From: Octopus bimaculoides
Lineage: Eukaryota
Direction: 5' to 3'
Assembly: GCF_001194135.2 (NCBI RefSeq)
Contig: NC_068997.1
Span: 47,385,216-47,422,110, forward strand
DNA: 36,895 nt
The notes beneath the pieces were generated by a model that did no database searches, was not told the DNA's origin, and worked only from the letters and a program-made list of their open reading frames with translations. A program made the translations under genes and the position numbers. Shown piece by piece: positions 1 through 12,044 of the stretch (positions within the stretch are counted from its first letter, which is position 1; every line of letters starts with the position of its first letter).

Positions 1-86
1 ATATAATATATATGTATGTATATTACATATGTAAAAACAGACATATATGAATGATACAGATGTGAATATATATGTATGTATGCATG

Positions 87-125
<39 letters not shown>

Positions 126-182
126 GTGTATATATTTAAATATATATATATACATGCACACGCATATATTTATATATGTGTA

Positions 183-213
<31 letters not shown>

Positions 214-1228
214 ATGCACAAATGCACACACATACACTCAAGCTCGTACAACACATGCGCGTTGTGTGAGAATAAAATATAGTGTTTCTCTTCAGCAAAT
301 TGATTTGATTCCAAACGATTAAATTCACCATTCATCATTGGATACTTAGCGAGCATTGCAACAGTAGTCTATTTAACAGAGGTGTTGCGAGGTCAGATGA
401 CGTATTTCACAATAACACACACACACACACACACACATGCAGATGCACATACACACACACATGCAGATGCACATACACACACAGACACACATACATAAAT
501 AAATTCGCGCACGCATGCAAGGTTTTTGACACTTACATATAATTCAGAGAGACAACGGTAGTATAATGGATGAAGTGTAGACATGTAAGAAAGATCGATT
601 AGCGTGCCAAGCTGTTTCATAGAATTAAGTAATGGAACCACTGCTGTTTGTGTTCCTAGTGCTGTTTCTGCTGCTGCGGCTGCTGCTTCTGCTACTGCTG
701 TTGTCGCCGCCGCCGCCGTCAGACCTGTTCTTTCTGCTACGACAGTATCAGCAGCTAAAAGATAGATTAGTGTGTAGAAACAAGATTTTAGAAGACACTT
801 ACTTCTCTGCTCCTTCCAGGATCTGAATGAAACTCCAAGTGGGGGTCACATCCACCTTTAGTTCCACCTCCCCCCACTTGAATCGATAAAATGAAAATCA
901 ATAGAGATTCGGCATTTTATTAATAACGATTACATTATACGTCTTTCACAAAATTATCCGAATGTCATCATCCTCCTTTCCTTTCTGTCACTAGTGTCGT
1001 CGTCGTCGTCTTCGTCATCGTCGTTCTTCTTCTTCTTCTCCTCNNNNNNNNNNNNNNNNNNNNNNNNNNNNNNNNNNNNNNNNNNNNNNNNNNNNNNNNN
1101 NNNNNNNNNNNNNNNNNNNNNNNNNNNNNNNNNNNNNNNNNNNNNNNNNNNNNNNNNNNNNNNNNNNNNNNNNNNNNNNNNNNNNNNNNNNNNNNNNNNN
1201 NNNNNNNNNNNNNNNNNNNNNNNNNNNN

Positions 1229-1362
1229 CGAGGTCGACTTTACCTTTCATCCTTTCGGGAACAATAAATTAAGTACCAGTTAAATAGTGGTATCCATGTG
1301 ATCGACTTGCCCCCCCCCCTCCTCACGAATCTGCGGCCTTGTGCCTATAGTAGAAAGAATCA
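1229..1362 (+). mobile_element. SINE family A, 3' half (5' part in gap)
   Basis: GAGGTCGACTTTACCTTTCATCCTTTCGGG...GGCCTTGTGCCTATAGTAGAAAG followed by an (ATT)n tail. Confidence 0.85.
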
Positions 1363-2685
1363 TCATCATTATTATTATTATCATTATTATTATTATTATT
1401 ATTATTATATGTTTGACTTTTGCTTTGCATTTGTACAAATAAACTTCACGTCTCACCCAGATACCTTATTACTATTATTATTATTATTATTATTATTACT
1501 ATTATTATTGTTGTTGTTGTTGTTTTTGTTGCTGTTGTTGTTGTTGTTGTTGTTGTTATTTTTATAATTCACTTTGTATGACTACTTTGTATGCCATGCT
1601 TGTCTGTTATGAATGTGTCATGAGTAATGATTTTGTCCTTAGAGCATGATCCTTTAAGTTAATCTGTTTATTTCTATTTGAACCTGTGTATATACATTTG
1701 TGCATACATACGAATTGCGCGTGTGCCTGCACAAGCGTGGAAATGTGTGTATTCGTATGAATGTGACTCTTGTGCAATGGAAGTAGTTTTTGAATTTGTC
1801 TGATATATTTTAGCATAGTTACGTTTTTAAAATTATTGCCGCTTTAGCAGCTTTCATTTCTGATGCTATCATGTATCACAGAATAAACGTATAAATTTCA
1901 GCTAATACATCGTATCTAAATTAATTAAACCTAATTACTCTAGATAGTCGTAAACGACTGTCTTTTCTCCTTTCATAATACAAACTCACCCCGGACAGCT
2001 GGACTAGTTTGAATCTTTGTTGAGATTTCAACAATAAATTGCTTCATTCCTTTAAGTCTACTCTGTAATAGTGTACTTATAGCCAATATTATTAAGTGGT
2101 TTCTAAATAGAACACACCGATTTGCATGATTGACGCATTTTGACAGCTGTTTCGATTAAGGAGTTATTGACACGTTAGCATTGTCCAATTATAATTCAGT
2201 GGCGTATTGCAAAATAAACCTATGGATGTCGGTCAGGACAACGTGTTTTAAATAATCAAAGTTAATTAAATATACCGGCCAGGCGTAAGCGATTGTTATT
2301 TTTATACCATCTTATTGTAGATAGAAAACAAGCGGGGTTAACTGACTAGTTTCAGTTTGCAATGTTGAAATTTCATTAGCAACTTACTACTTTGTCTACA
2401 GTAATATATTTATGGCCATAATTATTATGCTTTTTTTTTGAAAATCTATGTAACGGTGTGTATATCCTACATAACTTAGAACTGTACTAACCTAGCTATA
2501 GGATAGTCTTTGAGAGCAACTGTGCCTTAGAGGCATCGTACATTAAAAATAAAGCACACTTCGTATGACGTCGGGACCATAACACATCGGTGTTTCGATT
2601 TAACTCGTCGGAGTCTCAAAGGGAAATTTTGTCTTCGAGACAAGATGTTGCCGCTAGTGCCGGTATGCATTCGTGTATACATTAT

Positions 2686-2776
2686 AAATCGTTATTTAAT
2701 CTAATCCTGTTTCAGGTGCTTTTATCTATTAAATCGTTATTTTAATCTAATCCTGTTTCAGGTGCTTTTAGCTATT
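2686..2776. repeat. 45-bp tandem duplication
   Basis: AAATCGTTATTT(T)AATCTAATCCTGTTTCAGGTGCTTTTA(T/G)CTATT at 2686 and 2731. Confidence 0.92.
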
Positions 2777-2777
2777 T

Positions 2778-2778
<1 letters not shown>

Positions 2779-2815
<37 letters not shown>
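2779..2815. repeat. (AGAT)n microsatellite
   Basis: Seen directly. Confidence 0.95.
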
Positions 2816-2816
<1 letters not shown>

Positions 2817-3220
2817 GCGTAGTTGTGTGGTAACAAGCTTGCTTCTCAACCACATGTTTCCAGGTTCAGTCCCTCTGCGTGGCACCTTGAGCAAGTGTTT
2901 TGTACTATAGCCTCGGACCGTGAGTAGATTTGGCTGACGGAAACTGAAAGAAGCCCGTTATATATATATATATATATATATATGTGGCGTGTCTGTGTGT
3001 CAGTGTATTTATGTATCTGTGTTTATACCCCCGTCATCGCTTGACAACCGATGCTGGATTGTTTAATCCCCGTAACATTGGCGGTTCGTCAAAGGTGATC
3101 GATAGCTTAAGTATTAGGCTTACAAAGAATAAGTCCTGGGGTCGATTTCTTCGACTCTTTAAAGCAGTGCTCCAGCATGGCCGCAGTCAAATGACTGAAA
3201 CAAATAAAAGAAAAAAAGAA
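2816..3220 (+). mobile_element. tRNA-derived SINE family B with internal (TA)/(TG) microsatellite
   Basis: A-box-like head, B-box GGTTCAGTCCC, CACCTTGAGCAAGTG motif, internal (TA)n, and 3' end GCTCCAGCATGGCCGCAGTCAAATGACTGAAAC. Colinear with the copy at 15330-16250. Confidence 0.88.
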
Positions 3221-3963
3221 TATTAATCTGTCACCCAGCTTAGCAGCAGTATCGTCAGTCACGTGGGCGCCTTTAACGGAAACTGCTCTTTTGACGGCAC
3301 TCAAGTTATGTCTCCAGCCCTAGGATGATTTCATCCTATCCTTCCAGTCGTCAAAGAGAGCAATAAAATAAAAAGACTATGACGACTATTCTTCCTCTTC
3401 TGACTATGCAACATAAAAACATGGCGCATGTTTTTGATTTACGCATTCTTTTACGACGGCTGTATCAAGTCGGTTGGGAAAGATGACTATCTCAACGGAG
3501 AATATCACAACGGAGAATATCTCATACGCTACTGGCCAATATAATTCTAAAACTGCTTTCCAGGATTATATTGATATCTTTTTTTTTTTTGCGTAATATC
3601 TCTTTTAACCTTTTCACAGAGGAAATCAGATATATCCACTCAAAATTTCATTATCCTTAACTGCAGAAAGCATCTTATATACCAGTATATCTTTTGTTGA
3701 AGAATGTAATATTTGAAACTATTTTTTGTTGAGATATGTCTAGATTATTGGGGCAACGTGACTTTCAGAAAATTCCAATTCTAATTTTTGGTAGATGTTT
3801 AACATCATTGCTGGAATAAACATGAAATTTAATTTCGCAGTGAAAGGGTTTTCTTAGTAATTACTAATGAAGATATTTAGTTATACGACACGTTTATGCT
3901 TGACTACGACTTAGTCTTGACCAGTTCTAGACATCCTGTGATAAATTTTTTCTTCAAATTTAA

Positions 3964-4172
3964 GGTAGCGAACTGATAGAATTGTTAGCACGTCGGTCAA
4001 AATGCTTAGCGGCATTTCGTCCGTCTTTATGTACTGAGTTCAAATTCTGCCGAAGCCGACTTTTCCTTTTATCCTCTTGGTAAAAGAAGTACCAATTGAG
4101 CACTGGGGTCGATTTAATCGACTTACCTTCTCCCCCGAAATTACTGGCCTGTGCCAAAATTTGAAACTAATA
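3964..4172 (+). mobile_element. tRNA-derived SINE family A
   Basis: A-box-like head, B-box GAGTTCAAATTC, core CTGGGGTCGATTTAATCGACT and tail GGCCTGTGCCAAAATTTGAAAC. Confidence 0.88.
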
Positions 4173-4199
4173 TTTTCTTCAAATTCTCCGTAAGTTCAC

Positions 4200-4365
4200 C
4201 GTGACCGTGTAGTCAAGAACTTTGCTTCACAGCTGTATGGCTTCGAGTTCGATCCCATCCCATAACCTAGCACTTCGGATATGTGTTTTCCACTGTTATC
4301 TTCAGACTGTTCAAAGTGTTGCGAAAGATTTTCTGCAGACGGAGACGGAAACTGTGTGGAATCAC
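4200..4365 (+). mobile_element. Diverged SINE related to family B
   Basis: GTGACCGTGTAGTCAAGAACTTTGCTT...GAGTTCGATCCC...GACGGAAACTG. Confidence 0.5.
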
Positions 4366-4822
4366 ACCAGTGAGGGAAGGACCGTTCATATTTTTGGGTG
4401 GCAGACTTAATATATCGCCCGCTTTCACACAGCCTTTCAGTCCTCGCTGTCTTTAGCGGAGGGTTCCACACTGTTACAGGTCCACAGTCTGGGAAACAAC
4501 TTGTCCTCTTCTCCACCACTGACCTCAGAAGCCCTGGAACAAAAAAAAGTCGTGGATATTGCCTTTCCATCTCTGGCTGAACAATAAAAACTGAAATATT
4601 ACATCTATTTCTAGGTTATTATTTGTCAATGCCAGGTGTGAAATCATTGATCCATAACTGCAACTAAAATCTCTTCTAATTTTACCGTTAATTTATGATT
4701 GGTTAATCACAGTTAGACGCTGCTATTAATGTTACAATCAAGTTTAGCAATACATTAAACGTATTTCCCCACTGACTCTGGTGTATTTTCGTTATTTTTC
4801 TATTCAGCTCCCTATTTTTGGT

Positions 4823-4823
<1 letters not shown>

Positions 4824-4876
<53 letters not shown>
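4824..4876. repeat. (CTAT)n microsatellite
   Basis: Seen directly. Confidence 0.95.
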
Positions 4877-4877
<1 letters not shown>

Positions 4878-4912
4878 GCCTGTTTGTCTGTCTATAATAC
4901 AAACACACACAC

Positions 4913-4943
<31 letters not shown>

Positions 4944-6025
4944 NNNNNNNNNNNNNNNNNNNNNNNNNNNNNNNNNNNNNNNNNNNNNNNNNNNNNNNNN
5001 NNNNNNNNNNNNNNNNNNNNNNNNNNNNNNNNNNNNNNNNNNNNNNNNNNNNNNNNNNNNNNNNNNNNNNNNNNNNNNNNNNNNNNNNNNNNNNNNNNNN
5101 NNNNNNNNNNNNNNNNNNNNNNNNNNNNNNNNNNNNNNNNNNNNNNNNNNNNNNNNNNNNNNNNNNNNNNNNNNNNNNNNNNNNNNNNNNNNNNNNNNNN
5201 NNNNNNNNNNNNNNNNNNNNNNNNNNNNNNNNNNNNNNNNNNNNNNNNNNNNNNNNNNNNNNNNNNNNNNNNNNNNNNNNNNNNNNNNNNNNNNNNNNNN
5301 NNNNNNNNNNNNNNNNNNNNNNNNNNNNNNNNNNNNNNNNNNNNNNNNNNNNNNNNNNNNNNNNNNNNNNNNNNNNNNNNNNNNNNNNNNNNNNNNNNNN
5401 NNTATATATATATACATATATATATATATACATACATACATCCATATAAACTTACGTACACACGTATATACGTGCGCGTGTTTGTGTGTGTGTATCTGTG
5501 TGTGTGTGTGTGAGTGTGTGTCTACATATATCTCAATGCTTTCTTTGGCTTTAGACTTTATTGCCCTGCCTCATCCCGCCGTCTATTTTTACTGTATCAT
5601 ATATTAAGCAATTTGTCTTTAGCTCCGAATCTTGCCACCAATTACATTTCACTTCACGTGTTTTGTATATGCTTTGCAGCCAGTGTCAAAGAATGAGCTC
5701 TAAGTGGTTGATTGACCGGTTCGAAATAACAGTCAAATCCAGTCTCCCTGAAATATCAGCAGTCCCGTGTTTTACGAAAGGACACACTTGGTAATGTTCT
5801 TCAAAGTAAACGATATATATATATAAAAATAAGACTGGGTGGTTATAGCTTGAACACCTTTGATCATGGGTGTGCTTGACCAGGACTGACCTGGGGCTAA
5901 GCAACAACAATAACAATAACAATAATAGTAACAACATCAACAAAAACTAATTACAGAATTCGTTCTTGTAGCTTTTCCAATATATTTCCTTTCTAATTAT
6001 TGCTGGTCTGTTATTGGAGAATTAT

Positions 6026-6206
6026 GGCGGCGAGCTGGCAGAGTTGTTAGCACGCCAGACGAAATGCTCAGCGGCACTCAGCAGAGGTCGATTTTGTCTT
6101 TCATCCTTTCGGGGTCGATAAAATAAGAACCAGTTGAGCACTGGAGTCGATGTAATCTACTAACACCTTTCCATCAAATTTCAGGCCTTGTGCCTACAGT
6201 AAAAAG
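6026..6206 (+). mobile_element. SINE family A with internal deletion
   Basis: Head GGCGGCGAGCTGGCAGAG, with core and tail homologous to the other copies. Confidence 0.88.
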
Positions 6207-6471
6207 TTTATCGGATAATTATAGCTTTACATGTAAAATGTCATCTATCATAAGGTCGTATGTTCGATATTCAGGGAAGAATCTCCTAGATCTGGCGTCC
6301 AATCTTTAAATCACCATGTATTTTCTAACTAAATATATTGATTCTGTTTGATAATTAAAAAAAAACAACATATTACGGTTATGTTTATCGTCTGCAAAGC
6401 AACCGACTAAAATACAAACTCCGCAAGACAATAGCAACCACAGGAGAGACGTACAACCAGCCCAGAGTTTA

Positions 6472-6608
6472 ATAATCCTTTCTACTACAAGCACAAGGCC
6501 TGAAATTTTGAAGGAGGAGGCTAGTCGATTACATCGACCCCAGTGTTTCACTGGTACTTATTTTATCGATCTCTAAAGGATGAAAGGCAAAGTCGACCTT
6601 GGCCGATT
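6472..6608 (-). mobile_element. SINE family A, 5'-truncated
   Basis: Reverse complement of the core and tail (GGATGAAAGGCAAAGTCGACC). Confidence 0.88.
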
Positions 6609-6650
6609 TCCAGAGTTTAATAATTAGTCTTATCATTATTTGTAAACATA

Positions 6651-7310
6651 GGGCTGTGAGCTGGTAGAATCGTTAGCACGCCGAGTAAAATGCTTAGCGA
6701 CATTTCGTCCGTCTTCACGTTCTGAGTTCAAATTCCGCAGAGATCGACTTTGCCTGTCATCTTTTCGGAGTCGATAAAATAAGTTCCAGCTGATCCCAAG
6801 GGTCGATGTAACTGACTTAACCCCTCACCTCCGAACTTGCTGGCCTTGAGCCAAAATTTGTAACCATTATTCTTTGTAAATATTTAAGATGGTGATCTAG
6901 CAGAATGGTTAACACGCCGAACAAATATGCATAGCGGGATTTCTTCCGATTTTTTTAACGTTTTGAGTTCAAATTCCACTGAGGTCGACTTCGCTGGTCA
7001 TCTTTTCGGGGTCGCTGAAATAAGTACCGGTTGAACACTAGGTTCGATATAATCGACCAGCCCCTTCCCAACCAAATTTCAGAGCCTTGTGCCCATAGAA
7101 GAAAGGATCATTATTTGTAATCATTTAAAGTGATGAGCTGCCAAAAAAGTTAGCAGGTCGAATTTCTTCGACTGTTTATGCTTTGAGTTCAAATTTCGCC
7201 GAGGTTGACTTTACCTTTCCTCGATTCGGGGTCAATAAAATATGACAGTTGAACACTGGTATCGATGCAATCTTGTGACAGAATTTGAATCCAATACTGA
7301 AAATCATTAT
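6651..7310 (+). mobile_element. Three head-to-tail SINE family A copies (about 6651-6871, 6886-7114, 7127-7310)
   Basis: Each copy has a head, B-box GAGTTCAAATT and core. Each is preceded by a CATTAT(TC)TTGTAA linker. Confidence 0.88.
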
Positions 7311-8001
7311 TTTTACGGTAAAAAAAATTATTTATTTAATCCTTTGTGACTTTTGAAGGCTACAACAGTGAGGAGGAGGGGCGATGTTTATCTCCTGATA
7401 AGTTCTACCAAGCTGGGCGAGTTTTAGAGTAGAAACTAGTTTAATTCAGCATCCGGGTCCTCCAAGTTGAAAGTTGAACATAAACCTAACGACCCCCAAA
7501 CTATAAAAAATAGCTTTTTTACGGGAAGCTAGAATCCGATTAAAAGTCAGATAATTAATATAATCAATATTAATTAGTATAAGTTATTTCATTATACTAA
7601 TTATATACGATATCAACCACACCATCTGTAGACAATTACAACCTTACGAATCGATTATAACTCCATCAACAAGTTGTGACCTTTGTAATTGATTTGTAAC
7701 TAGCAACGGAACCAGGAGAATCGATAGAGTGGCGGTTTAAGAAGGCAAGTCTTATCCAGACTGAATTGCTTTCGATCAGTGATGGTGACATCATGACGCG
7801 ACCAGATATTCTGTTGTGACCTAATATGAACTTTGAACCAGAAAAAAAGAAACAATCAAAAAGCAAACAAATCCAACCTTGAACTAATATCATGTTATAA
7901 AAAATGTACCTCTTAGCATTTATTTAAAACTAAGATTCTTGTATTCATATAAGTGTCACCCATGTAACAAAAGGTTTATTACATAAATTAATAATTTAGA
8001 C

Positions 8002-8273
8002 CAGGGGTTTTCAAACTGTGGTCCGCAGACCACAGGGGATCCGCAAAGACAAGACAGGGGGGACAGCAAATACTTTTATGGGCAATTTGATTTTATATAT
8101 GTTTTTTAATCGAAATCTTTTAATTGACAATAAACCTATTTGTTAAATACTGTTAAATAAATAAATGTAAAAATATATGTTATTTTAAGCAAATATTTAT
8201 GTATAAATTTCATAAGCGTTTATAAGCTTGAACTATAAAGGGGTCCGCAAGTCAAAAAGTTTGAAAACCCCTG
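8002..8273. mobile_element. hAT (Charlie-like) MITE
   Basis: Perfect 15-bp TIRs: CAGGGGTTTTCAAAC (8002-8016) and GTTTGAAAACCCCTG (8259-8273). Perfect 8-bp TSD ATTTAGAC (7994-8001, 8274-8281). Subterminal (G/A)TCCGCA motifs and an AT-rich non-coding interior. Confidence 0.95.
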
Positions 8274-8729
8274 ATTTAGACCACCAGGATAAAAAAGAGG
8301 CTCGCTATCACTGTGTTAGACATTTGTATAGAAATATGTAAGTCATTAATTAATGATCCAGCAATCGTGTGTAACTAAGCTAAAGGCTGAGTAGCTTTAC
8401 TTTAAAATGGAGCTTGTGCATAGTGAATTGATCTGCTAGAAGTGTCAACCAAATTTCTGTGAAGTCTCATCTTACCTTTTTGAAAATGAAAATAACCTAG
8501 AATCAGATAATTGATAGCCGGGTAAAAAAAAAAAAGAGACGAGATGGTTATTGCTAGGATGTTTTTAAACATAGGTCTTGGTTTCATGATAAACTGCAGT
8601 GAAATTGCTTTTAGAAGTTGAAATATGCCTCAATCATATTTGAACTAACCTAAAGTTGTTTATAAGCCTGTTTAGTCTGGACTAAGCCGCGGCTAAAGAG
8701 GGACAACACCCAACTAAAATTTGAGTGCA

Positions 8730-9115
8730 ACGAGGACCCTAGTAAACACTAAGGGAACCATTAGACTAACTAGGGACCACAGTAACTAATTAGGATCTTA
8801 GTAACCAGTTAGGGTGCCATAATAATTTATGAAATATAAAAGAGCTAGGGACTACAACGAGTAACTCGGGACTATAGCAAATAACTAAAAACCACAATAA
8901 AAAATTAGGACCTTAGAAACTAGTCAGGGCGCTATAATGACCTGTGAAAGATCAATAAGGTGGGAACCACAGTGAATAACTAGGGACCACAGGAACCAAT
9001 TAGGACCTTAGTAACCAGTTACGGCGCTATAATGACTTGTGAAAGATCAATAAAGTGGGGGACAACAAATGAATAACTTGAGATCACAGTGATTAACTGA
9101 GGCCCTTAAGAACTG
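8730..9115. repeat. Degenerate tandem repeat, about 95-115 bp period, about 3.5 copies
   Basis: TTAGGA(C/T)CTTAG recurs at 8790, 8905 and 9000. GCGCTATAATGAC(C/T)TGTGAAAGATCAATAA occurs twice. AACTAGGGACCACAG sub-repeats. Confidence 0.8.
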
Positions 9116-9546
9116 GAAAACGAATATCACAGAAAGATCGAATCAAGGGAAAGGGAAGGAAACAATAGAATATCAATTGAGATTGACGATTTTATGTTTT
9201 GACCTTGCTGTATTCGTCTTTGGCAATGTTTTTACAGATACTCATTGGTTCCTGTTTGGTTCAATCTGTTTGGACTAATGCCACCGGAAAATTCCTTAGT
9301 TCAGCTGAAATTATTTGTGTTTTCATCGCTGTTTCTCTCATTTTCTTCCGTCCCGTTGTTGTTATTGTTGTTGTTGCTTTGCTGCTGATGTTGCTATGGG
9401 CTGCAGTTGTTTTGCCACCGTTTCTGTTATTGTTTTTATTGCGTCTGGCGTTGTTGTTGTAATTGATATTCTTTTTTGGTAAATATGATATTGTTGAAAT
9501 CATTACTACAATACATGCAAGCGCTCGCCCTTGTGGCAAATATATG

Positions 9547-10035
<489 letters not shown>

Positions 10036-10039
10036 GATT

Positions 10040-10393
10040 TTGGCGATCACATCACCCCTAAAATCTGGCACCCTAACTCCTCAGACTGCAACCCCCTTGA
10101 TAATTATGTGTGACGCACAGTTGAGCGAAAGACCAACAAAGCTTCTTGTAACACCAAAGATGAACGGAAGGCAAATATTATGGCAGCATTCAGCAACTTA
10201 AACAAGGAGACCGTCCAGAAGGGTTACAAGAGATTCTGAAATCATTTAGAAGCTGTGGTTGAAGCCAATGGCAATTTTATTGAATAAATTTAGTCTTTGG
10301 TATTTCAAGATATTTTAATGTAATTTTGGTACAAATATCTGTTAAGATGAGATGTCAGTGTAATTTAGACGGCAATATATTCACCGTACCCTG
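10040..10393 (+). pseudogene. 3' fragment of a Tc1/mariner (maT-like) transposon
   Basis: Translates DHITPKIWHPNSSDCNPLDNYV*...HLEAVVEANGNFIE*, a decayed WPPxSPDLNPLDY motif and a typical C-terminus. It ends in ...TACCCTG followed by TA. Confidence 0.8.
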
Positions 10394-11130
10394 TATGTAT
10401 GTATATATATATTAATATATNNNNNNNNNNNNNNNNNNNNNNNNNNNNNNNNNNNNNNNNNNNNNNNNNNNNNNNNNNNNNNNNNNNNNNNNNNNNNNNN
10501 NNNNNNNNNNNNNNNNNNNNNNNNNNNNNNNNNNNNNNNNNNNNNNNNNNNNNNNNNNNNNNNNNNNNNNNNNNNNNNNNNNNNNNNNNNNNNNNNNNNN
10601 NNNNNNNNNNNNNNNNNNNNNNNNNNNNNNNNNNNNNNNNNNNNNNNNNNNNNNNNNNNNNNNNNNNNNNNNNNNNNNNNNNNNNNNNNNNNNNNNNNNN
10701 NNNNNNNNNNNNNNNNNNNNNNNNNNNNNNNNNNNNNNNNNNNNNNNNNNNNNNNNNNNNNNNNNNNNNNNNNNNNNNNNNNNNNNNNNNNNNNNNNNNN
10801 NNNNNNNNNNNNNNNNNNNNNNNNNNNNNNNNNNNNNNNNNNNNNNNNNNNNNNNNNNNNNNNNNNNNNNNNNNNNNNNNNNNNNNNNNNNNNNNNNNNN
10901 NNNNNNNNNNNNNNNNNNNNNNNNNNNNNNNNNNNNNNNNNNNNNNNNNNNNNNNNNNNNNNNNNNNNNNNNNNNNNNNNNNNNNNNNNNNNNNNNNNNN
11001 NNNNNNNNNNNNNNNNNNNATGTATGTATTTTCTTATTTCATTATCTGTAGACTTCAACACTTTATGTCTCTCTTTGTATTGTCCTCCCTCATCCATCGC
11101 CCGGGTGGCAAATAAAATAAATCATCATCA

Positions 11131-11202
<72 letters not shown>

Positions 11203-11697
11203 TTTGTTGGTGCTAATGTAGTTGTTGTAACTTTTTGCGGTTGATACTGTTGCTAAGGTTATTTATTATTATTCAAAGCTCTAGTTGCTGCTGTTGTTGG
11301 TGTTGTTGTTGTTGTTGTTGTTGGTGTTGTTGTTGTTGGTGTTGCTGTTGTTGTTGGTATTGTTGTAACTGAGTAGTCGTTGTTGTTATCGATTCTCATA
11401 CGTTCTCTGATTAATCAAATATTACAGTTAAGTAAATCATATTTTCTCTTTGATACGTATCGATTTCCTAAAATAGCGTTAGGTCACAATTTTATAGGAG
11501 AGGAAATATAGTCTATTGGATCATCGACACCATAACATGTCTGGTATCTTTCTTTTTTTTTATCGACTCCAGAAAAAATGAAGGACGAACACGTAATCTA
11601 CGGTCTCGCAACGACATTATTGCTGCTGTAGATAACGATGACAACAACCACAATAAAAACAGCATTATTAATAATAATGGTGACAATGATGATAATA

Positions 11698-11732
<35 letters not shown>

Positions 11733-11740
11733 CATCATCA

Positions 11741-12001
11741 TAATAATAATCCTTTCTATTATAGGCACAAAACCTGATATTTTTGGGGAAGAGGGAAAGT
11801 CGATTGCATCGATCCCAGTGTCTCACTTGTGCTTAACTTATCGACCCCGAATGATGAACGGGAAAGTCGACCACGGCGTAATTTGAACTCAGAACGTAAA
11901 GACGGACGAAATGCCGCTAAGCATTTGGCTTGGCGTGCTAACGATTCTGCCAGCTCACCGCCTTAATGTTGATCATAATAATAACAATGACAACAACAGC
12001 C

Positions 12002-12044
<43 letters not shown>

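Noticed and set aside
797-845. Splice-like signals on both strands (plus acceptor at 818-819; minus 20-nt microexon 803-822)
   Set aside because: The signals conflict, the following sequence resembles a SINE remnant, and no coherent frame emerges.
4818-5607. Long ORFs spanning N runs (also at 954-1272, 10381-11115, 14203-14940, 15415-16089, 32176-33222)
   Set aside because: They are open only because of N gaps and flanking (TA)n/(TG)n, and carry no coding information.
6026-6100. tRNA genes
   Set aside because: A/B boxes belong to SINE heads, with no cloverleaf or oligo-T terminator.
9199-9462. Hydrophobic 87-aa ORF resembling a membrane protein
   Set aside because: Hydrophobicity comes from degenerate (GTT/GCT)n repeats, with no other support.
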